This document shows, piece after piece, positions 49,395 through 57,931 of a DNA stretch of 57,931 bases. The notes beneath the pieces were generated by a model, which had not been told where the DNA came from, made no database searches, and worked only from the letters and a program-made list of their open reading frames with translations. Both the position numbers and the translations under genes were made by a program. The first letter of the stretch is position 1. Each line of letters opens with the position of its first letter. Source of the stretch: Octopus bimaculoides (Eukaryota); assembly GCF_001194135.2 (NCBI RefSeq), contig NC_068982.1, positions 44,048,377 through 44,106,307 of the forward strand. Direction: 5' to 3'.

Positions 49395-50592
49395 ANNNNN
49401 NNNNNNNNNNNNNNNNNNNNNNNNNNNNNNNNNNNNNNNNNNNNNNNNNNNNNNNNNNNNNNNNNNNNNNNNNNNNNNNNNNNNNNNNNNNNNNNNNNNN
49501 NNNNNNNNNNNNNNNNNNNNNNNNNNNNNNNNNNNNNNNNNNNNNNNNNNNNNNNNNNNNNNNNNNNNNNNNNNNNNNNNNNNNNNNNNNNNNNNNNNNN
49601 NNNNNNNNNNNNNNNNNNNNNNNNNNNNNNNNNNNNNNNNNNNNNNNNNNNNNNNNNNNNNNNNNNNNNNNNNNNNNNNNNNNNNNNNNNNNNNNNNNNN
49701 NNNNNNNNNNNNNNNNNNNNNNNNNNNNNNNNNNNNNNNNNNNNNNNNNNNNNNNNNNNNNNNNNNNNNNNNNNNNNNNNNNNNNNNNNNNNNNNNNNNN
49801 NNNNNNNNNNNNNNNNNNNNNNNNNNNNNNNNNNNNNNNNNNNNNNNNNNNNNNNNNNNNNNNNNNNNNNNNNNNNNNNNNNNNNNNNNNNNNNNNNNNN
49901 NNNNNNNNNNNNNNNNNNNNNNNNNNNNNNNNNNNNNNNNNNNNNNNNNNNNNNNNNNNNNNNNNNNNNNNNNNNNNNNNNNNNNNNNNNNNNNNNNNNN
50001 NNNNNNNNNNNNNNNNNNNNNNNNNNNNNNNNNNTATATATATATACACACACACACACACATATACATATATATTAATAGCCATGCTAGTACATTGATA
50101 CATATATATGTATTTAACCATTCAAAGAAAATATACACAATAACATCTGACTCTTTCATGTGCACACGCTTGCATGCACATAAAAGACATCAATACACTT
50201 GCACACGCCTCTCCCCCCCACACACATACACAGATAAACATAGACACACAGACAGATAGGTAAAAAAAAAACAAAAAAAACAAGAAAGAATTAGGACCAT
50301 GAGAACGTAAACAAACGTAGAAACAACAATAAAAATAGTAACAGCAGCAACAAAAACAAAAACAAATCGCAACAAATTCAGTGCAGCAGTTAAAAAGCTG
50401 CACTGGTTAACAGTCACAGTAGTCTGTAACTGCAGTACAGATCAAGATGTGAACATGATGTAACAACAGCAGACAGTATAATGGCCCGAGTGGCAGGAGT
50501 ATACACAGTTGCATGTATGTTCTGCATTAATGCCTATATACACATAGACACACACACACATATATATATATAGATATCTATATATATAGACA

Positions 50593-50628
<36 letters not shown>

Positions 50629-51025
50629 NNNNNNNNNNATATATATATATATATATATATATATGCATGTATGCATGTATGTATATTTCTAGGTCAGTAC
50701 ACCAATGCATTCATCTTAGCACACACACACAGATGCATACACACACACACATACAGATGCACACATACACATGCATCTGCACACTTGAAGGTCAGTTGCT
50801 ATTATATGACAACAGTGGTGGTGGCGGTGGAGGTGGTAGCGGCAGCACCGGTGGTGTCAGCGGTGATGGTTTGTGCATGGCTGCATATGTGTGTGTGTTT
50901 TCCTCTGTGTGTGTATGTGTGTGTGTATCTAAAAATACAAATGTATATATAGATGAATATTATATATATATATATACATATATATATGTATATATTTATA
51001 TATGCATATGCATACATAACATACA

Positions 51026-51077
<52 letters not shown>

Positions 51078-52074
51078 NNNNNNNNNNNNNNNNNNNNNNN
51101 NNNNNNNNNNNNNNNNNNNNNNNNNNNNNNNNNNNNNNNNNNNNNNNNNNNNNNNNNNNNNNNNNNNNNNNNNNNNNNNNNNNNNNNNNNNNNNNNNNNN
51201 NNNNNNNNNNNNNNNNNNNNNNNNNNNNNNNNNNNNNNNNNNNNNNNNNNNNNNNNNNNNNNNNNNNNNNNNNNNNNNNNNNNNNNNNNNNNNNNNNNNN
51301 NNNNNNNNNNNNNNNNNNNNNNNNNNNNNNNNNNNNNNNNNNNNNNNNNNNNNNNNNNNNNNNNNNNNNNNNNNNNNNNNNNNNNNNNNNNNNNNNNNNN
51401 NNNNNNNNNNNNNNNNNNNNNNNNNNNNNNNNNNNNNNNNNNNNNNNNNNNNNNNNNNNNNNNNNNNNNNNNNNNNNNNNNNNNNNNNNNNNNNNNNNNN
51501 NNNNNNNNNNNNNNNNNNNNNNNNNNNNNNNNNNNNNNNNNNNNNNNNNNNNNNNNNNNNNNNNNNNNNNNNNNNNNNNNNNNNNNNNNNNNNNNNNNNN
51601 NNNNNNNNNNNNNNNNNNNNNTTTTTCAAATGAATCAAGTCATAACCTTATCCATCTATTGTTTTCATAATCGGTCATAATGTCTTACGTTTAAGATGAT
51701 TCCCATGCTTTCCCTGATGAGAAGGTTACAATTTTAATATCAAAGATCCCTATGGATCACACAGGTTGTAATCCTTTGAAACATATGTATGAATAAAGTA
51801 TGCAATTATAACATGCGTTTTCTCCAATCCTTAAATTCTTAAATATACTCAAATACCCAAAATTTCAAGGAGTTCCTGCCTTAAAAACAGGAACTAAACC
51901 ACAGTTATTTTGTGTTCTTTGCTACATTGGTTTCTATTAACCCATTTATTCTATCAGTAGAATTTTTATTCATTAAGATAGAAGAAATACACATAATTAT
52001 ATATATATATATATATACACACACATATATAAAATCATTATAATTTAACATATATATATTTTATATGTAAATGT

Positions 52075-52240
52075 ACAAGCGCAGCAGTGGCTGTGTGGTA
52101 AGTAGCTTGGTTTCTGAACCCAGAACCACGTGGTTCTGGGTTCAGTCCTACCACATGGCGCCTTGCCCAAATATCTACTATAGCCAAAGTCTAGAGTGGA
52201 TTTGTAGACAGAAACTGAAAGCAGCCCATCGTATATATAT
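52075..52240 (+). mobile_element. SINE family A 5' half
   Basis: GGCTGTGTGGTAAG...GGGTTCAGTCC...GGATTTGTAGACAGAAACTGAAAGCAGCCC. Confidence 0.72.
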
Positions 52241-52269
52241 ATATAGATATATATATATATTGTGAAAAT

Positions 52270-52485
52270 GCATGGCATAGTGGCTAGGGTATTCATTTTA
52301 TGATTGTAAGGTCATGAGTTTGATAGTTGATGGTGCACTGTGTCCTTGGGCAAGCCACTTTATTTCTCATTGCTTCATTTCACTCAGCTGGCAAAATTGA
52401 GTTGTATCTGCAGTTCAATGGGACAGCCTTGACATATTCAGTGTAAGGGTGTGCATGTCTGTGGAGTGCTGGATCACCTGGAACA
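52270..52485 (+). mobile_element. Decayed CORE-like SINE (family of 12505-12819)
   Basis: TGGCATAGTGG A-box, GTGTCCTTGGGCAAG..ACTTTATTTC, TGTCTGTGGAGTGCT. Confidence 0.65.
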
Positions 52486-53048
52486 CTCACTGTGTGTGCA
52501 TACGCATGCATAACAAGTTGGAAAAAAGTTGTAATCTCTTCTGAGGGATATCTATATATAAGTATGTTCATGCACACACACATATTTATCATCTTGTTTT
52601 TGCATCCACTTTCCACCCTGGCATCAGTTGCATAATCACCAAAATCTGGATGAGTTCTTATTCAGAGTTACTAGTCTTCTTGGCAAGTTCCAGGGTAATG
52701 TCCCACTCACACACACATTTCAATAATAATCATATGCATACACATACACACACACACACACACATACTGCATAGCATCTTGGGTGTCTTCTATTATAGCT
52801 TTGGGCCAACAAGCCTTTGAGTGAATTTGGTACACGGAAACTGAAATAAGCTTGCTGTCATCATCATCATCATCATCATCATCATTTAACGTCCACTCTC
52901 TATGCTAGCATGGGTTGGACGATTTGACTGGGACTGGCGAACCAGATGGCTTTGTATAAGTATGTGTGTGTTTGTGTTTGTTCCCCACCATTGCTTGACA
53001 ATCAGCATTGGTATGTTTATGTCCCTGTAACTTAGAAGTTTGGCAAAA

Positions 53049-53148
53049 GAGGAGGAAGAGAAGGAGGAGGAAGAGAAGGAGGAGGAAGAGGATGAGGAGA
53101 GGGGGAGGAAGAGGAGGGGGAGGAAGAGGAGGGGAGGAAGAGGAGGAT
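53049..53148 (+). repeat. Polypurine (GGA/GAA) low-complexity tract
   Basis: About 100 nt almost purely G/A. Confidence 0.85.
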
Positions 53149-53767
53149 CCTTACTACTATAGGTATACAAGACACAAGGCCTGAAATATTGGGTGAGTGG
53201 GTCAGTTGATTACATCGACCCTAGCAGTGCTCAACTGGTACTTGTTTATTTTATTGACCCTGAAAGGATGAAAAGAAAAAGTTTACCTCAGAGGAGTTTC
53301 AACTCAAAACATAAAAAAAGAGCTGACACAAATATCATGCTCTAACAATTTTGTCAAATAACAGATAACAACAATAGTAATAATAGTAAGCCCATTGTTG
53401 CAGGATCTGATATCAGAATAGTAAAGTGTGTTATTGAACTGATCATACTAAAATATTCAATTGACTTAGCACAGCTTTCCAACTTACACCTACATCAAAA
53501 GCAAGCTTTTCATACTCAAATTATGCACTCTAGTTGTAATTCAAGTGTAGCAATCCAATAAAAACAACTAAGGCATAAAAGACTTTATGCATTCAATTAA
53601 AGTTTTTTTACATTTGGAATTGAAATGTAAGTATGTATGTGTCTCCCCTCATCAGTTTAACATCCACTTTTCTATGCTTACATGGATCAGATGGAATTCA
53701 TTGTGGTAGATTTTCTAATGCTTGATGCCCTTCACCTACTTCCAACTGAAGTGTTTTTTCCCCCATG

Positions 53768-53917
53768 TAGGTGCAGGCATGGCTGTCTGGTAAGAAACTT
53801 GTTTCTCAACCACATGGTTGCGGGTTCAGTTCCACTACATGGTACCTTATACAAGTGTCGTTTACTATAGTCTTGAGCCAACCAAAGCCTTGTGAATAGA
53901 TTGAAACTGAAAGAAGC

Positions 53918-53973
<56 letters not shown>

Positions 53974-53974
53974 G

Positions 53975-54011
<37 letters not shown>

Positions 54012-54105
54012 TGTTTGTCCCCCCTCCTCCAATACTCGATAACCAGTGTTAGTGTGTTTACATCCCCACAACTTAGCAGTTCAGTAAAAGAGACCTGATA
54101 ATAAT
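53768..54105 (+). mobile_element. SINE family A
   Basis: Head GGCATGGCTGTCTGGTAAGAAAC, central TA/TG tract, 3' part to GAGACC. Confidence 0.8.
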
Positions 54106-54106
54106 T

Positions 54107-54377
54107 CTATCAGTTTCTTTTGCTGAACCTCTAAGTTTCAGGGACATAAACATATCAACACCAGTTGTCATGCAGTGGTGGGAGACAAATACATACATGC
54201 ACACATACACACAACAAGCTTCTTCCAGTTTTCATCTACTAAATCCACTCACAAGGCTTTGATCAGCTTCAGGTTATACTAGATGACAGTTGGCCAAAGT
54301 GCCACACAGTGGGACTGAACTCAGAACCATGTGGTTGGAAAATAAACTTCTTACCACACAGCCATGCCTCCACCTAT
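54107..54377 (-). mobile_element. SINE family A, tail-to-tail with the previous copy
   Basis: Ends ...CTTCTTACCACACAGCCATGCC, the reverse complement of the family head. Confidence 0.8.
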
Positions 54378-55634
54378 AGTAGATAACAATCGTCTAAAGG
54401 GCAACAAACTGAGATTGAATCCAAAGCCTTGTAGTAGAGAAGCAAGCTTCTTACCCACAGAGTTACGTTAGCACCTTGTGTGTGCATGCTTCAACTAGCA
54501 GGCATCTGGCCTTACAATTAAGAAACTTGCTTCTCAACAACAAGGTTTCTGGTTTGATCCCTCAGTGAAGCACCCTGGCCAAGTGACTGCTTTGATGTTA
54601 CACACAATACAATTGATTTTAACATTGACATAAGGTTGAAATTTGGGGACAGGAGATTTGTTGATTAAATTGATCCCTGTATTTTACTGGTACTTTATTT
54701 TATCGATTCTGAAAGAATGAAAACCAAAATCGGTTCTGGTGAGATATGAACTCATATTTTAATGACTCCAAAATTTTCTCCAGGGTACTTTATCAGCCCC
54801 AGAGAGATGAAAGGTAAAGCTGGCCCCAGCAGGATTTGAACTCAGAACATAAAGACCCACAAAGCATTTCCTCCAGTGCTCTTACAAATCAGTCAATCAA
54901 TCACCCTCACATTACACATCACATAAGATCGGTTTCAAATTTTGGCATAGGGCCAGCAATTTCAGGGGAGTGGGTAAGTCAGTTTACACTGACCCCCAGT
55001 GTTCAGCTGGTACTTATTTTCTCAACACCAAAAGGATGAAAGGCAAAGCAGACCTCAGCAGAATTTGAACTCAGAACGTGAAGATGGGATGAAATACCAC
55101 TAAGCATTTCACCCAGCATGAAAATGATTCAGCCAGCTCACCACCTTAACAAGTCCCATAATATTAAATACTTTAGTTTCTCTGCAACCTACTTTAATAA
55201 GGAAACATCACATGAACTCAGCCATACTTTTGAACTTTTCCTCAACGATATTCATGTAAAATATTCAAATGTAAAACCAGTTGACACTTTGTTCTTCTTT
55301 GTGTCAATGCTATAAGTAGTGGGAAATCCTTTATAACCTGTAAATGCATGTGTTCATAGCACATTTCAAAATGTCTATGAAGCTCCAGAGTAGTTTCTCA
55401 GGATTTTCTATTTATAAATTCATAAATTATGTTAAGTAAACTCTACTTAGTTGAAGGTTACAGAAATGGAACAATGTACGTTCTTGCATAGAAAAATAGC
55501 TGCTTTTTTTTTTTTTTTTTTTTTTTTTTTTCTTCCTTCTCTCAGTAAATTTTCCTCCGTATCTTATATTATCTATATTCTTGCATAGGTAATTTTCTTT
55601 CATTTTACAAAAGTATATAGTCTATAATCTATAA

Positions 55635-56275
55635 CAGGCACAGGAGTTACTGTGTGGTAAGAAGTTTGCTTCCCAACCTTATAGTTCCAGGTTCAGTTCC
55701 ACTGCAGGGCACAAGAGACTTCTACTAGAGCTCTGGGCTGATCCAAGCCATGTAAGTGGATTTAGTAGAATAAAAAAAAAAGAAGCTCATCTGGCCAGTG
55801 CCGCTTAACTGGCACCTGTACTGGAGGCACGTAATAAGCACCATTTGGGCCTGTGTCGATGCTAGTGCTGCTTGATTGGCTCCCTGTGCTGGTGGCATGT
55901 AAAATGCACCATCTGAATGTGGTTGATGCCAGTGCCCCCTGACTGGTTCCCGTGCTGGTGGCACATAAAAAGCACCATGCAAACATAGCCAAAATCAGTG
56001 CACTCTGACTGGCTCCTGTGCTGGTGGCACGTAAAGAGCACCATCTGAATCTGATCAATGTCAGTGCCCCATGACTGGCTCCCATGCATGTGGCACATGA
56101 AAAGCACCAACTACACTCTTGGAGTAGTCGGCATTAGGAAGGGCATCCAGCTGTAGAAACCTTGCCAGATCAGATTGGAGCCTGGTGCAGCCTACTGGCT
56201 TGCCAGTTCTGCCAAACCATCCAACCCATGCTAGCATGGAAAGCAGACGTTAAACGATGATGATGATGATGATTA
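55635..56275 (+). mobile_element. Composite retroposon: family A head + five ~65-bp repeats + RTE-type tail
   Basis: GTGTGGTAAGAAGTTTGCTTCCCAACC head, repeated (A/T)GCACC-anchored units at 55790-56110, then TTAGGAAGGGCATCCAGCTGTAGAAAC and (GAT)n. Confidence 0.75.
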
Positions 56276-56299
56276 TATATATATATATATGTAAATTCT

Positions 56300-56632
56300 T
56301 TATTCTTTTGTTTTTTCAGTTGATTGGCTGTGACCATGCTGGAGCACATAACTGAAGTGTTTTAAGTTGAACAACTTGACCCCAGGTCTCTTTTGCTGAA
56401 CTGCTAAGTTACAGCGGCATAAACTCACCAGCATCGGTTGTCAAGTGATGGTGGGGGAACACACACACACACACATATGATGGGCTTCTTTCACTTTCTG
56501 CCTGCCAAATCCATTTACAAGGCTTTGGTCAGCCCGATGTTACAGTAGAAGACACTTACCCAAGGTGCCATGCAGTAGGACTAAACCCAGAACAATGTGG
56601 TTGAGAAGCAAACTTCTTACCACACAGCCATA
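56300..56632 (-). mobile_element. SINE family A
   Basis: Reverse-complement homology along the whole family consensus. Confidence 0.78.
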
Positions 56633-57504
56633 TCTGTACCCCCAATATACTGTATTCTAGCAGCAATAAATATATAAACATATATACATGTATGTATGTA
56701 TGTATGTATGTATGTATGTATGTGTGTGTGTGTGAGGGGGGTGCCATTGTGTTTGTGCTTGTCCTCCCCTCACCACTCGATAATCAGTGTCAGTTTGTTT
56801 ACATCCCTGTAATTTAGTGGTTCAGCAAAAGAGGCCATCCAGATAAGTACCAAGCTTAAAAAAATAATAAGTACTGGGGTCNNNNNNNNNNNNNNNNNNN
56901 NNNNNNNNNNNNNNNNNNNNNNNNNNNNNNNNNNNNNNNNNNNNNNNNNNNNNNNNNNNNNNNNNNNNNNNNNNNNNNNNNNNNNNNNNNNNNNNNNNNN
57001 NNNNNNNNNNNNNNNNNNNNNNNNNNNNNNNNNNNNNNNNNNNNNNNNNNNNNNNNNNNNNNNNNNNNNNNNNNNNNNNNNNNNNNNNNNNNNNNNNNNN
57101 NNNNNNNNNNNNNNNNNNNNNNNNNNNNNNNNNNNNNNNNNNNNNNNNNNNNNNNNNNNNNNNNNNNNNNNNNNNNNNNNNNNNNNNNNNNNNNNNNNNN
57201 NNNNNNNNNNNNNNNNNNNNNNNNNNNNNNNNNNNNNNNNNNNNNNNNNNNNNNNNNNNNNNNNNNNNNNNNNNNNNNNNNNNNNNNNNNNNNNNNNNNN
57301 NNNNNNNNNNNNNNNNNNNNNNNNNNNNNNNNNNNNNNNNNNNNNNNNNNNNNNNNNNNNNNNNNNNNNNNNNNNNNNNNNNNNNNNNNNNNNNNNNNNN
57401 NNNNNNNNNNNNNNNNNNNNNNNNNNNNNNNNNNNNNNNNNNNNNNNNNNNNNNNNNNNNNNNNNNNNNNNNNNNNNNNNNNNNTATATATATATGTATG
57501 TGTG

Positions 57505-57700
57505 TGTATATGTTTGTCCCCCACCACTGCTTGACAACCAGTGTTGGTTTGTTTACATCCCCATAACTTAGCAGTTCAACAAAAAATGTCTGCTAAAATA
57601 AGTGCCAGGCTTAAAAAAAAAAAATTCTGGGATCAATTCATTCAACTAAAAGTTCTTCAAGGAAGTGCCCCAGCATGGCCACAGTCTAATGACAGATATC
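57505..57700 (+). mobile_element. SINE family A 3' half
   Basis: GCTTGACAACCAGTGTTGG...GTGCCCCAGCATGGCCACAGTC. Confidence 0.75.
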
Positions 57701-57714
57701 TAAAACTACATTAC

Positions 57715-57931
57715 TCCTTTACTTCTTTCAGTCATTTGACTGTGGCCATGCTGGAGCACCGCCTTTAGTCAAGCAAATCGACCCCAGGACTTATTCTTTG
57801 GAAGCCTAGTACTTATTCTATCGGTCTCTTTTGCTGAACCGCCAAGTTATGGGGACGTAAACACACCAGCATTGGTTGTCAAGCGATGTTGGGGGGACAA
57901 ACACAGACACACAAACATATATATATATATA
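57715..57931 (-). mobile_element. SINE family A 3' half, inverted relative to the previous copy
   Basis: CAGTCATTTGACTGTGGCCATGCTGGAGCACCGCC...GGTTGTCAAGCGATG. Confidence 0.8.

Noticed and set aside
49310-51680. ORFs of 220-340 aa in the track
   Set aside because: Composed of N gaps and TA/CA repeats.

Overview
Gappy eukaryotic draft-genome sequence with no recognisable host protein-coding exon. The SINE families, RTE-type tails and microsatellite density look like an octopus (coleoid cephalopod) intergenic or intronic region; this is inferred from repeat appearance only. Positions 1-9712 are a CpG-saturated (TTCG)n/(TACG)n satellite with recurring marker motifs, ending abruptly inside a Tc1 transposase remnant. 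The rest is a mosaic of decayed elements: Tc1/mariner fragments (one with DD36E spacing), an APE-RT LINE, R4/Dong-like REL-endonuclease fragments, an RTE remnant, a solo LTR, at least four tRNA-headed SINE families (several with target-site duplications, several as inverted pairs) and small TA-flanked foldback elements. The most notable observation is a set of minimal type-I hammerhead-ribozyme motifs of the Penelope-like-element kind inside these foldbacks (20016-20076, 42520-42559, 47021-47069, 47292-47340), with degenerate versions at 16.3 kb and in a tRNA-headed SINE at 23.9 kb. In the 20 kb element the inverted arm begins within 1 nt of the predicted self-cleavage site. The long ORFs in the supplied track are repeat or gap artefacts. 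Many element boundaries are approximate (about +/-10-30 nt).
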